Shown: piece after piece, positions 13,290 to 27,000 of the stretch
Layout of the letters: each line of letters opens with the position of its first letter
Position numbering within the stretch: the first letter of the stretch is position 1
Assembly (NCBI RefSeq): GCF_020745735.1
Contig: NC_083423.1
Span: 23,622,001-23,686,000 of the forward strand
From: Hemiscyllium ocellatum
Lineage: Eukaryota
Reading direction: 5' to 3'
DNA length: 64,000 nucleotides
The notes under the pieces: generated by a model
The model's database searches: none
What the model was told of the DNA's origin: nothing
The model's input: the letters and a program-made list of their open reading frames with translations, nothing else
Position numbers and translations under genes: made by a program

Positions 13290-16075
13290 AGGCCAGTAAG
13301 ACTAAGTGGAAGAGCTGTAAAGAGATAGGATACTGGGACCAGTGGTCTGGGGTGTCATTGTATTAATGTGTGTTGTATGACAGGTAAGTCATGTGAACCT
13401 AGAGCTTGGTTTAATACATTTAACTATGATCTGGTAGCAATGGCTGAGATTTGGTTGCTAGAAGGACAAAACTGGCAGCCTAACATTCTGGGATGTAGAT
13501 GTCTCAGGCCTGACCAAGCTGAGGGAGGTGCCTTACTGACGAGGCCGAATGTCACAGTGGGACTGAGGCAGGACACCATGGAGAGCCCACCTAAGGAGGC
13601 CATTTGGGTAGAGCTCAGAAATAGGAAGGGTGCAATCACAGGAAATAGAGGAACAATTATGTGGACAGATTAAGGAAAAATATAAAACAACAGAGTTGTT
13701 GTGGTGGGTAGCTTCAACCTTCCCGACATTGACTGGGACCTGCTTATTGTCAGGGGCTTGGATGGGGTGGGGAGGCGGGGTTTTGTTAGGTGCGTCCAGG
13801 ATGGTTTTTTGAAACAATATGTAAATAGTTCAAAAAAGGAAGGGGCCATCCTGGACCTGGTATTGGGGAATGGGCCAAGACAAGTGATCATTCATTCCCC
13901 AGTACTATACAGTGACCATCATTCTGTAAGTTTTTAAGCTACATATGGATGAAGATAGGAGTAGTCCTCAGGTGAAAGTATTAAATTGAGGAAAGGCTAA
14001 CTATGACAATATTGGGTAGGAACTGGAGAATGCAGATTGGGGCGACTGTTTGAGGGTAAATCCCCATGTGTCATGTCCAATTTTCAAATGACCAGTTTAT
14101 TGGAGTGCAGGACCAGTACGTTTGTGTCGAAGTTAAGGATAAGAGATGGCAAGATTCAGGAGCTTTGCATGAGAAGAGAAATTGTGAGCTTAGAAAGAAA
14201 AAGAAAGCAATTCTAAATTCTGGGAAGTTAAATACAGAGAGTTCAAAGCATTCAAAGATAGCAGGAAAGAACTCAAACAAGGAATTGGGAGGGCTAAAAG
14301 TCACCACATTATGTCTTTGGGAAACAGCATTAAAGGAAATGCCAAGACATTTTATATGTATATAAGAAGCTACAGGGTAGCTAGGGAAAGGTAGGTCCAC
14401 TCAAGGACAAAGAATCTTGTGTGCAACTGGCGGGAGTGGATGAGCTCTCTTCTGAATATTCACAAAGGAGCAGGACGTAGTGGATGGTGAGTCTCGGGAC
14501 GGGTGTGTTGATATTCTTGGGTATGTCAATATGAAAAGGAGTGAGAGTTGGGTGTTTTGAAAAATATTACGGTAGACAAGAACCTAAGATTTGATGGAAT
14601 CTATCCCAGAATGCTGCGGGGGTCATGCTGTACAAATCTTTGTATCCTCTTCAGTCACGGGAGAGGTCTAAGAGAATTGGAGAACAGACAACGTTGTTCT
14701 TTTGTTTAAGAAGGGCAACAGGGAAAATCTGGAAAATTACAATTTCGTGAGCCTTGTGTCAGCAGTAGGGAACTTGTAGAGTCATCGAGCCATCGAGCCA
14801 TACAGCATGGAAACAGACCCTTTTGGTCCAACTCTTCCATGCAAACCAGGTTCCCAAACTAAACTAGTTCCACTTATCTGTGTTTGACCGGTATCCCTCT
14901 AAACCTTCCAATTCATGTACCTGTCCAAATTCTGTAACTGGTCCTGTCTCTACCACTGCTGACAGTCATTCCACACACGGTACACTAGTTAGCAAGGTTA
15001 GATCACATGGAATACAGGGAGAACTAGCCATTTGGATACAGAATTGGCTCAAAGGTAAAAGACAGAGGCTGGTGGTGGAGGGTTGTTTTTCAGGCTGGAG
15101 GCCTGTGCCCAGTGGAGTGCCACAAGTGCTGGGTCCACTGCTTTTCATCATTTATATAAATGATTTGGATGTGAATATAGGATGTATAGTTAGTAAGTTT
15201 GCAGATGAAAGCAAAGTTGGCGGTGGAGTGGACAGCGAAGAAGATTACCTCAGAGCACAGCGGGATCTTGGTCAGATGGGCCAATCTGCTGAGGAGTGGC
15301 AGATGGAGTTTAATCTGGACAAATGCGAGGCGATGCTTTTTGGAAGATCTAATGAAGGAGGGAAGTACACAGTAAATGGCAGAACTCTTCGTAGCATCAA
15401 AATGCAGAGGGATCTGGGTGTGCAAGTCTACAATTCCCAGAAAGTAGCATCACAAGTAAATAACATGGTCAAGAAGGTATTTGACATTCATTGGTTGGGG
15501 CATAAAGTAGAAAAATTGTCAAGTCATATAGAACTTCAGTTAGGCCCCATAAGCAATATTGTGTAGAGTTCCAGTAACCACACTACCAGAAGGATGGGGA
15601 GGCCCTGGAGAGGGTACAGAAATGATTTACCAGGAAGTTGCCTGCTATGGAGAAGATTAGCTATGAGGAGAGAGATTGGAAAAACTCGATTTGTTTTCAC
15701 TTGAATTTCAAAGGATGACTGATGGAAATGCACAAAATGATGAGGCATTAGATAGAAAGGATAGTTGGAATCCTTTCCCAAGGGTAGAAATGTCAACTAC
15801 TACAGGGCATAGGTTTAAATTAAAAGGGGGAAAGTTTAAAGGAGCTGTGAGAGGCAGGTTTGTTTTACACAGAAGGTGGTAAGTGCTTGGAATGTGCTGC
15901 CAAAAGTGGTTGTGGAGGTGGATTCAACTGCAACATGCAAGGGGCATCGTGACAGAGGCAGGAAACAGAGGGTACAGACCAAAGAGGCAAAAGGATTTTA
16001 ATTGAGAAAGGCATCCCATGTTAGCACATGCTTGGGGAGGCTGAAAGGATCGTTCCTGTGCTGTACTGTTCTTTG
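13290..16075 (+). mobile_element. Older degenerate CR1 LINE ORF2, with an inverted LINE 3'-end insertion at ~14778-14975
   Basis: VGSFNLPDIDW, ILDLVLGN, SDH, GVPQVLGPLLF, KFADESK, WQMEFNLDKC motifs; many indels. Confidence 0.9.
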
Positions 16076-16574
16076 TTGTCTGTCTGCCTTCGATGTCATA
16101 AAGTGTTAGAAGGCATTTTATAACAGTAAAAGGGAAAGTTGCTATAGTCCCATGCTCTTATTACCGAGAGACAACAGCTGGTGGTTTAAGCTGAGGCTCA
16201 GTATACCACAGACATGGGGAAGATGTTGAGAAGGCAGTACCTTCACAGTTACCTCATGTTGCTGTGGAAATTGAACCCATGTTGTTAGTGTCAGTCTGTA
16301 TCACCAACTAGCCATCCAGCCAACTGAACAGCCTAGCTTCCGGGACTGAAGTCATGTTGAGGCCAACACAGCAGAACCAGGGAACAACCTGAACATCAAA
16401 CCTCTTTATTGCTCTGATTGGCAGGTATGCAGCAGGACCCTTGGAGGGATCAATCCAGAAACATGCCAGGAGATAAAAATGGCCTGGGAGAAATGTCACA
16501 ATCATGTGGAACAGGTATCCACGCCGAGATGAGTAAAGTTACAAATCCACAGCCTTCCCCTATGATGGGGGTGC

Positions 16575-16650
16575 AGACCCACACACACTCAGCCTCTCAC
16601 TGAAGTACAGTCACACACACACACACACACAGTCTCTCACTGAAGTACAG

Positions 16651-16682
<32 letters not shown>

Positions 16683-17320
16683 ATACAGCCTCTCACTGAG
16701 GTACAGTCTCACACACCCACAGCCTCTCACTGAGGCACAGTCTCACACACACACACAACCTCTCACTGAGGTACAGTCTCACACACCCACAGCCTCTCAC
16801 TGAAGTACAGTCTCACACACACCATACACACACACACACAGCCTCTCACTGAGGTACAGTCTCACACATACACACACACACACAGAGCCTCTCANNNNNN
16901 NNNNNNNNNNNNNNNNNNNNNNNNNNNNNNNNNNNNNNNNNNNNNNNNNNNNNNNNNNNNNNNNNNNNNNNNNNNNNNNNNNNNNNNNNNNNNNNNNNNN
17001 NNNNNNNNNNNNNNNNNNNNNNNNNNNNNNNNNNNNNNNNNNNNNNNNNNNNNNNNNNNNNNAGTCTCACACATATACACACACACACACACACCCACAC
17101 ACACAGCCTCTCACTGAAGTACAGTCTCACGCACACCATACACACACACACACAGCCGCTCACTGAGGTACAGTCTCACACATACACACACACACACACA
17201 CACAGCCTCTCACTGAGGTACAGTCTCACACGTACACACACACACACACACACACATAGCCTCTCACTGAGGTCCAGTCCCACACACCCACAGCCTCTCA
17301 CTGAAGTACAGTCTCACACA

Positions 17321-17374
<54 letters not shown>

Positions 17375-18316
17375 GCCTCTCACTGAGGTACAGTCTCTCA
17401 CACACACACACGCACACGCACACAGCCTCTCACTGGGGTACTGTTCCACACACTCACACAAACACAGCCTCTCACTGAGGTACAGACCCACACACAGAGC
17501 CTCTCACTGAGGTACAGTCACACGCACACTCAACCTCTCACTGAGGTACAGTCACACTCACATACACACAGAACCTCTCACTGAGGTACAGATCCACACA
17601 CACACAGCCTCNNNNNNNNNNNNNNNNNNNNNNNNNNNNNNNNNNNNNNNNNNNNNNNNNNNNNNNNNNNNNNNNNNNNNNNNNNNNNNNNNNNNNNNNN
17701 NNNNNNNNNNNNNNNNNNNNNNNNNNNNNNNNNNNNNNNNNNNTCACACGCACACACAGCCTCTCACTGAGGTACAGTCTCACACACACACACAAATATC
17801 CACACAGCCTCTCACTGAAGTACAGTCACACACACACACACACACAGAGCCTCTCACTGAGGTACGGACCCACACACACAGAGCCTCTCACTGAGGTACG
17901 GACCCACACACACACACAGCCTCTCACTGAGGTACAGTCACACACACACACACAGCCTCTCACTGAGGTACAATCACACGTACACACACCCTCTCACTGA
18001 GGTACAGTCTCACTCACACACAGAGCCTCTCACTGAAGTACAGTCACACACACAGACACAGCCTCTCAGTGAGGTACAGTCTCACACACACACACAAAGC
18101 CTCTCGCTGAAGTACAGTCACACACACACACACACAGAGCCTCTCACTGAGGTACAGTCACATGTACACACACCCTCTCACTGAGGTAAAGTCTCTCACA
18201 CACACACAGAGCCTCTCACTGAGGTACAGTCACACATATATATACACACACACACACAGCCTCTCACAGAGGTAGAGTCATACACACACACCTCCTCTCA
18301 CTGAGATACAGTCTCA

Positions 18317-18353
<37 letters not shown>

Positions 18354-18461
18354 CCTCTCACTGAGATACAGTCCCAAACGAACACACACAGCCTCTCACT
18401 AAGGTACAGTCCCACACACACACAGCCTCTCACTGAGGTCCAGTCCCACACACACATAGCC
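16575..18461. repeat. Compound satellite: cagcctctcactgaggtacagtc + (CA)n, variable unit
   Basis: Dozens of direct copies; contains gaps 16895-17062 and 17612-17743. Confidence 0.95.
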
Positions 18462-20682
18462 TGTGTGTGAGAGAGACGGTGAGTGTGTGCGTGAGAGAAA
18501 CGGTGAGTGTGTGTGTGAGAGAGACGGTGAGTGTGTGTGTGAGAGAGGCGGTGAGTGTGTGTGTGAGAGAGACGGTGAGTGTGTGCGTGAGAGAGGCGGT
18601 GAGTGTGTGTCTGAGAGAGGCGGTGAGTGTGTGTGTGTGAGAAGTGGTGAGTGTGTGTGTGAGAGAGGCGGTGAGTGTGTGTCTGAGAGAGGCGGTGAGT
18701 GTCTATGTGAGAGAGGCGGTGAGTGTGTGTGAGAGAGACGCGGTCAGTGTGTGTGTGAGAGGCGGTGAATGTGTTTGTGAGAGAGGCGGTGAGTGTGTGT
18801 GAGAGAGACGGTTAGTGTGTGTGTGAGAGAGGCGGTGAGTGTGTGTGTGAGAGATGTGGTGAGTGTGTGTGTGCGAGAGAGAGGCGGTGAGTGTGTGTGA
18901 GAGAGGCGGTGAGTGTGTGTGTGAGAGATGCGGTGAGTGTGTGTGTGAGAGAGAGGTGGTGAGTGTGTGTGAGAGAGTCAGTGTGTGTGTGTGTGTGAGA
19001 GAGAGGCGGTGAATGTGTGCGTGTGAGAAATAGGCGGTGTGTCTGAAAGAGGCGGTGAGTGTGTGTGAGAGAGGTGGTGAATGTGTTTGTGAGAGAGGCG
19101 GTGAATGTGAGAGAGAGGCGGTGAGTGTGTGTGAGAGAGGCGGTGGGTGTGCGTGAGAGAGGCATTGAGTGTGTGTCTGAGAGAGGCGGTGAGTCTGTGT
19201 GTGTGAGAGAGGCGGTGAGTGTGTGTTGGAGAGATGTGGTGAGTGTGTGTGTGAGAGGCAGTGTGTGTGAGAGAGACGGTTAGTGTGTGTGAGAGAGGCA
19301 GTGAGTATGTGTGTGTGATAGAGGCGGTGAGTGTGTGTGTGTGTGATAGAGGTGGTGAGTGTGTGTGTGTGATAGAGGTGGTGAGTGTGTGTGTGTGAGA
19401 GAGGCGGTGAGTGTGTGTGTGTGAGAGAGGCGGTGTGTGTGTGTGTGAGAGAGGTGGTGAGTGTGTGTGTGTGAGTGAGGCGGTGAGTGAGTATGTGGGT
19501 GATAGAGGCGGTGAGTGTGTGTGTGAGAGAGGCGGCGAGTGTGTGTGAGAGAGAGGTGGTGAGTGTGTGTGAGAGAGGCAGTGAGTGTGTGAGTGAGGCA
19601 GTGAGTGTGTGTGAGAGAGAGAGGCGGTGAGTGTGCGTGAGAGAGGTGGTGAGTGTGTGTGAGAGAGACTGTTAGTGTGTGTGAGAGAGATGGTTAGTGT
19701 GTGTGTGAGAGAGGCAGTGAGTGTGTGTGTGTGTGATAGAGGCGGCGAGTGTGTGTGTGTGAGTGAGGCGGTGAGTGTGTATGTGGGTGATAGAGGCGGT
19801 GAGTGTGTGTGTGAGAGAGGTGGCGAGTGTGTGTGTGAGAGAGAGAGAGGCGGTGAGTGTGTGTGAGAGAGACGGTTAGTGTGTGTGAGAGAGACGGTTA
19901 GTGTGTGTGTGAGAGAGGCGGTGAGTGTGTGTGTGTGAGAGAGGCGGTGAGTGTGTGTTGGTAATAGAGGCGGTGAGTGTGTGTGTGTGTGTGTGTGTGA
20001 TAGAGGCGGTGAGTGTGTGAGAGAGAGGTGGCAAGTGTGTGTGTATGATAGAGGCGGTGAGTGTGTGTGAGAGAGACGCGGTGAGTGTATGTGAGAGAGA
20101 GGCTGTGAGTGTGTGTGTGTGTGAGAGAGACGGTGAATGTGTGTGTGTGAGAGGCGGTGAGTATGTGTGAGAGAGACGCGGTGAGTGTGTGTGAGAGATA
20201 CGCGGTGAGTGTGTGTGTGTGAGAGAGAGGCGGTGAGTATGTGTGAGAGAGACGCGGTGAGTGTGTGTGAGAGATACGCGGTGAGTGTGTGTGTGTGAGA
20301 GAGAGGCGGTGAGTGTGTGTGTGAGAGAGAGAGGCGGTGAGTGTGTGTGTGAGAGAGACGCGGTGAGTGTGTGTGAGAGAGGCAGTGAGTGTGTGTGAGA
20401 GAGATGCGGTGAATGTGTGTGAGAGATGCAGTGAGTGTGTGTGAGAGAGGCGGTGAGTGTGTGTGAGTGAGTGATGGTGAGTATGTGTGAGGGAGTGACG
20501 GTAAGTGTGTGTGAGGGAGAGGCGGTGAGTGTGTGCGTGTGAGGCGGTGTGTGTGTGTATGTGTGTGTGTGTGAGAGAGGCGGTGAGTGTGTGTGGGTGA
20601 GTGACGATCAGTGTGCGTGAGGAAGAGGTAGTGAGTGTGTGTGAGAGAGGCGGTGAGTGTGTGTGTGTGAGAGAGAGGCGGT

Positions 20683-20715
<33 letters not shown>

Positions 20716-20860
20716 GCGGTGTGTGTGTGAGGGAGAGGCGGTGTGTGTGTGAGAGAGAGGTGGTGTGTGTGTGTGGGTGAGTGACGATCAGTGTGCGTGA
20801 GGAAGAGGTAGTGAGTGTGTGTGAGAGAGGCGGTGAGTGTGTGTGTGTGAGAGAGAGGCG

Positions 20861-20893
<33 letters not shown>

Positions 20894-21205
20894 GCGGTGT
20901 GTGTGTGAGGGAGAGGCGGTGTGTGTGTGAGAGAGAGGTGGTGTGTGTGTGTGAGAGAGGTGGTGTGTGTGTGTGAGAGAGGCGGTGAGTGTGTGTGTGA
21001 GAGAGAGGCGGTGTGTGTGTGTGAGAGAGAGGCGGTGTGTGTGTGTGAGGGAGAGACGGTGAGTGTGTGTGTGAGAGAGAGGCGGTGTGTGTGTGAGAAA
21101 GAGGCAGTGTGTGTGTGTGTGTGTGTGAGAGAGAGACGGTGTGTGTGTGAGAGAGAGGTGGTGTGTGTGTGTGTGAAAGAGAGGCGGTGTGTGTGAGAGA
21201 GAGGT

Positions 21206-21236
<31 letters not shown>

Positions 21237-21432
21237 CAGGCGGTGAGTGTGTGTGAGGGAGAGGTGGTGAGTGTGTGTGAGGGAGAGGCGGTGAGTGTGT
21301 GTGTGAGAGAGAGGCAGTGAGTGTGTGTGTGAGAGAGAGGCAGTGAGTGTGTGTGTGTGAGAGAGAGGCAGTGAGTGTGTGTGTGAGAGAGGCGGTGAGT
21401 GTGTGCCTGAGAAAGGCTGTGTGTGTGTGAGA

Positions 21433-21512
<80 letters not shown>

Positions 21513-21777
21513 TGAGAGAGGCAGTGAGTGTGTGTCTGAGAGGGGCGGTGTGTATTTCAGAGGCGGTGAGTGTGTGTCTGAGAGAGGCAGTGAGTCTGTG
21601 TGAGAGAGAGGCAGTGAGTGTGTGTGTGTGAGGGAGAGGCGGTGAGTGTGTGTGTGAGAGAGGCAGTGAGTGTGTGTGTGTGAGACAGGCGGTGTGAGTG
21701 TGTGTGAGAGAGGCGGTGAGTGTGTGTGTGTGAGAGAGGCAGTGAGTGTGTGTGTGTGAGACAGGCAGTGTAAGTGT
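18462..21777. repeat. Compound satellite: (GA)n-ggcggtga-(GT)n
   Basis: >100 direct copies, running into the gap at 21778-21968. Confidence 0.95.
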
Positions 21778-22230
21778 NNNNNNNNNNNNNNNNNNNNNNN
21801 NNNNNNNNNNNNNNNNNNNNNNNNNNNNNNNNNNNNNNNNNNNNNNNNNNNNNNNNNNNNNNNNNNNNNNNNNNNNNNNNNNNNNNNNNNNNNNNNNNNN
21901 NNNNNNNNNNNNNNNNNNNNNNNNNNNNNNNNNNNNNNNNNNNNNNNNNNNNNNNNNNNNNNNNNNNNTGTGTGAGGCATTGTGCATGTGTTAATGGAGG
22001 TGCAGAGTAATTTGGCAACTGCAAATTGATGCCAAATGATGGAGAGTCATCTAGAGATGAACCTCTGGTTAGAGAGTGAAGTGAGAGAGACTGTGTGTGT
22101 ATTTTCTCTGGAGTTTAAGGAAAGCTCCAAAACCTCTGTCCTGTGTACTTTAATGACAATGAGTAGCCACACACTCACCAGAAAGCCCAGTGACAGAATG
22201 GGAGTGATGGAGGTTGTGTTGTGTTCACAG

Positions 22231-22313
22231 GCTCCGGCAGAGAGTGAGATTTGGAGTTCTTCGTCCCTGTATCTCATCGAGATGGAACGGGAAATACAGA
22301 GGGTTAGCAACAG
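22231..22313 (+). CDS. Uncharacterised gene exon (APAESEIW...QRVSN/R)
   Basis: ttcacag acceptor, cag|gtaagc donor, phase 0 to 2. Confidence 0.8.
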
Positions 22314-22419
22314 GTAAGCAGCAGCATTTCAGGCACCACAGGCCTATATACCCTGTGTACAAGCTGTGGAACAAGTCACAAAGACGCCGGGGTCACACTA
22401 GGAGTGGTGCTGGGTAGCA

Positions 22420-22765
22420 CATAGACCAGGATTACAGTTACAGTAGATTACTGGATCACACAGACCAGGGTTACACTGGGAGTGGATTACCGGTCACTCA
22501 GACCTGGTTACAGTTATAGTAGATTACCGGATCACACAGACCAAGGTTACACTGGGAGCGGATTACCATGTTACATAGACCAGGGTTATACTGGGAGTGG
22601 ATTATTGGGTCACACAGACCATGGTTACAGTTATAGTGGATTACCAGTTAACACCGACCATGGTTATGCTGGAAATGGATTACTGGATCACACAGACCAG
22701 GGTTACACTGGGAGTGGATTATCAGGTCACACAGACCAGGGTTACACTGGGAGTGGATCACTGGA
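22420..22765. repeat. 39-bp intronic minisatellite, ~9 copies
   Basis: cacagaccagggttacactgggagtggatta... recurs at 22691 and 22730. Confidence 0.9.
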
Positions 22766-23436
22766 TCCCTCTGAGTGTTAATTGACAGTTCTGGAATTGG
22801 TTTGTGTGTCCCAATGCCCACACTGTGCCCATGGCCGAGGGGCGATGGTGATTACCCACCTCTCAGTGACAGCACATCCCAGTCCGGGTGCCAGCCCTGG
22901 TCCCTCTGTATTCACTGAAGACAACACAGCCTGGTGATCCCAGTGGCTCACACAGTATCCATGGAGAGAGAGCAAGCTAGCGTTCTGATTGTAGATGACT
23001 CTTCATCAGCATGGAGGGGTGAAGCACTTATGCAATGTGTCATGGGGTGGGGGATCAGTGGGGGAGGCAGGGGGTGGCTTGCTGGCACTGGGAATGGTGC
23101 GTGTAGGGTGCCAGTGACGAAAAGATGTTGATCATTCAGCTGGTGATTGGAATTTGAGAGCTGAACAATCACCATCTTTTCTTCACCAGCATCCTACATC
23201 CACCATCCCCAGTGCACCCAACCCTCCACAGCTACAGCAGAAACACTGTTACCTCCACACTTTACTTCAGCTCTGATGAGGAGTCATCTAGCCAAGGAAC
23301 GTTAGCCTGCTCTCTCTCCCCGTGGATGCTGTATGAGCTGCTGTGAGTTCCAGCATTTGTTGTCGTCGGTACAGATTCCAGCATCTGCAGTAATTTATTC
23401 CTACCCTTTGGGAATCACGCTGCCCTCTTGCTGTAG

Positions 23437-23609
23437 GTGGACGGTGGGCGGACTGTCAGCTGTCATTCACGATGATGGCCAGGAAATGGCACGCTTGACG
23501 ACTGAGGATGAGCACGGAGTATCCAACACGCAACTTCTTCGATTGGTTGAGGAGAAATACCAAATCCTCACCAAGCAACTCCTTCAGGAAATGTTGCAGG
23601 AACAGTGGG
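23437..23609 (+). CDS. Uncharacterised gene exon (WTVGGLSA...LQEQW/G)
   Basis: ctcttgctgtag acceptor, g|gtaaag donor, phase 2 to 1. Confidence 0.8.
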
Positions 23610-23624
23610 GTAAAGTGGTGTGGA

Positions 23625-24005
23625 GGTGCCGGTGTTGAACTGGGGTGGACAAGGTCAGAGGTCCCACAACACCAGGTTACAGTCCAACAGGTTTATTTGA
23701 AATCACAGGCTTTCAGAGCATTGCTCCTTGATCGGGTGAAATGAGAGGGAAGCAGACAGACACAGAATCTATAGGCAGAGAGATCAAGGGTGGAGAGATC
23801 AAAATCTCATACAAATGGTGTGAGTGGGAGTGTCAAGTCCTAGGTCTCTACGGATGACCAAGAGTGTGAGCTGGAGTGAGTAAAGTGTCAACCGCTGAAT
23901 AACTGCCTTCGGTTATCCACCATTTCACCTGAACAAGGGGCTACGCTCCAAAAGCTTGTTATTTCAAATCAACCTGTTGGACTCAAACCTGGTCACATGT
24001 GACTT
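23625..24005. mobile_element. Penelope-type fragment with inverted arms
   Basis: 23670-23742 is an imperfect reverse complement of 23921-23993 (ccaacaggtttatttgaaat / atttcaaatcaacctgttgg). Confidence 0.55.
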
Positions 24006-24009
24006 TAGA

Positions 24010-27000
24010 GTAAAATGAGAGAGTGTCAGTACACAGTGAGAGTAGGATTCCAGTAATAGTGCTCAAGTCCAGTGAGAGTAAAGGGTTACCAGTGAGAGTA
24101 AAGTTACGGTAATACCGCTAGGGTACAGTGAGAGTGTTGGGTTACAGTGAGGAGGATTACAGTAATAGTGCTGGGATACAGTGAGAATGTAGGGTTACAG
24201 TGAGATTAGCCTTACAGTAATAGTGCTGGGGTACAGTGAGAATGTAGGGTTACAGTGAGAAGGGTTTCAGTAATAGTGCTGGGATACAGTGAGAATGTAG
24301 GGTTACAGTGAGATTAGGGTTACAGTAATAGTGCCGGGGTACAGTGAGAATGTAGGGTTACAGTGAGATTAGGCTTACAGTAATAGTGCTGGGATACAGT
24401 GAGAATGTAGGGTTACAGTGAGAGTAGGGTTACAGTGAGAGTGCTGGGGTACAGTGAGTGTAGGGTTACAATGAGAGTAGGGTTACCGTCATAGTGCTGG
24501 GGTACAGTGAGTGTAGGGTTACACTGAGAGTAGGGTAACAGTAATCATGTGAGGATACAGTGAGAATGTCTGGTTACAGTGAGAGTAGGGTTACAGTAAT
24601 AGTGCTGGCTTACAGTGAGAATGTAGGGTTACAGTGAGAGTAGGGTTGCAGTAATAGTGCTTGGGTACAGTGAGAATCTAGGGTTACAGTGAGAGTAGGG
24701 TTACAGTAATCATGTGAGGATACAGTGAGAATGTCTGGTTACAGTGAGCATAGTGTTACAGTAATAATGTTGGGTTACAGTGAGAGTGCAAGGTTACAGT
24801 GAGATTAGGGTTACAGTAATAGTGCTGGGATGCAGTGAGAATGTAGGGTTACAGTGAGAAGGGTTACAGTAATAGTGCTGGGGTACAGTGAGAATGTCTG
24901 GTTACAGTGAGAGTAGGGTTACAGTAATAGTGCTGGGGTACAGTGAGAATGCCTGGTTACAGTGAGAGTAGGGTTACAGTAATAGTGCTGGGGTACAGTG
25001 AGAATGTAGGGTTTCAGTGAGAGTAGTGTTACAGTAATGTTGCTGGGGTACAGTGAGTGTAGGGTTACACTGAGAGTAGGGTTACAGTAATCATGTGAGG
25101 ATACAGTGAGAATGTCTGGTTACAGTGAGCGTAGTGTTACAGTAATAATGTTGGGTTACAGTGAGAGTGCAAGGTTACAGTGAGAATAGGGTAACAGTAA
25201 TCGAGTGAGGGTACAGAGAGAATGTAGGGTTACAGTGTGAGTAGGGTTACAGTAATAGTGCTGGGGTACAGTGAGAATGTAGGATTACAGTGAGAGTAGG
25301 GTTACAGTAATAGTGCTTGGGTACAGTGAGAGTGTAGGATTACAGTGAAAATAGGGTTACAGTAATAGGGCTGGGATACAATGAGAATGTAGGGTTTCAG
25401 AGAGAGTAGTGTTACAGTAATGTTGCTGGGGTACCGTGAGTGTAGGGTTACAGTGAGATTAGGGTTATAGTAATAGTGCTGGGGTACAGTGAGTGTAGGG
25501 TTACACTGAGAGTAGGGTAACAGTAATCATGTGAGGATATAGTGAGAATGTCTGGTTACAGTGAGCGTAGTGTTACAGTAATAATGTTGGGTTACAGTGA
25601 GAGTGCAAGGTTACAGTGAGAATAGGGTAACAGTAATCTAGTGAGGGTACAGTGAGAGTGTAGGGTTACAGTGTGAGTAGGGTTACAGTAATAGTGCTGG
25701 GGTGCAGTGAGAATGTAGGATTACAGTGAGAGTAGGGTTACAGTAATAGTGCTTGGGTACAGTGAGAGTGTAGGATTACAGTGAAAATAGGGTTACAGTA
25801 ATAGTGCTTGGGTACAGTGAGAATGTAGGGTTACAGTGAGAGTAGGGTTACAGTAATCATGTGAGGTTACACTGAGAATGTCTGATTACAGTAAGCGTAG
25901 TGTTACAGTAATAATGTTGGGTTACAGTGAGAGTGCAAGGTTACAGTGAGATTAAGGTTACAGTAATAGTGCTGGGATACAGTGAGAATGTAGGGTTACA
26001 GTGAGAAGGGTTACAGGAATAGTGCTGGGATACAGTGAGAATGTAGGGTTACAGTGAGAGTGGGGTTACAGTAATAGTGCTGGCTTACAGTGAGAATGTA
26101 GGGTTATGGTGAGAGTAGGGTTACAATAATGTTGCTGGGGTACCGTGAGTGTAGGGTTACAGTGAGATTAGGGTTATAGTTATAGTGCTGGGGTACAGTG
26201 AGTGTAGGGTTACACTGAATGTAGGGTAACAGTAATCTTGTGAGGATACAGTGAGAATGTCTGATTACAGTGAGCGTAGTGTTACAGTAATAATGTTGAG
26301 TTACAGTGAGAGTGCAAGGTTACAGTGAGAATAGGGTAACAGTAATCGAGTGAGGGTACAGAGAGAGTGTAGGGTTACAGTGTGAGTAGGGTTACAGTAA
26401 TAGTGCTTGGGTACAGTGAGAGTGTAGAATTACAGTGAAAATAGGGTTACAGTAATAGTGCTTGGGTACAGTGAGAGTGTAGGGTTACAGTGTGAGTAGG
26501 GTTACAGTAGTAGTGCTTGGGTACAGTGAGAATGTAGGGTTACAGTGAGAGTAGGGTTACAGTAATAGTGCTTGGGCACAGTGAGAGTGTAGGATTACAG
26601 TGAGAGTAGGGTTACAGTAATAGTGCTTAGGTACAGTGAGTGTGTAGGGGTACAGTGAGAGTAGGGTTACAGTAATAGTGCTGGGTTACAGTAATAGTGC
26701 CGGTTTACAGTGAGAGTAGGTTTACACTAATAGTGCTGGAGTACAGTAAGAATGTAGGGTTGCAGTGAGAATAGGGTTACAGTAATAGTGCTTGGGTACA
26801 GTGAGAGTGAAGGGCTACAGCGAGAGTGTAGGATTACAGTAATAGTGCTTGGGTACAGTGAGAGTGTAAGGTTACAGTGAGAATAGGGTTACAATAATAG
26901 GGCTGGGGTACAGTGAGAGTGTAGGGTTACAGTGAGTGTAGGGTTACAGTAATAGTGCTGGGGTACAGTTAGAGTGAAGGGCTACAGTGAGAGTGTAGGA

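Noticed and set aside
16575-18461. CRISPR-like repeat-spacer appearance
   Set aside because: The apparent spacers are just variable (CA)n; vertebrate context and no cas genes.
18978-21980. 1000-aa His/Thr/Ser/Leu-rich ORF and overlapping Cys/Val/Glu ORFs
   Set aside because: Translation of a stop-free dinucleotide-based satellite, with the start separated from the body by an N gap.
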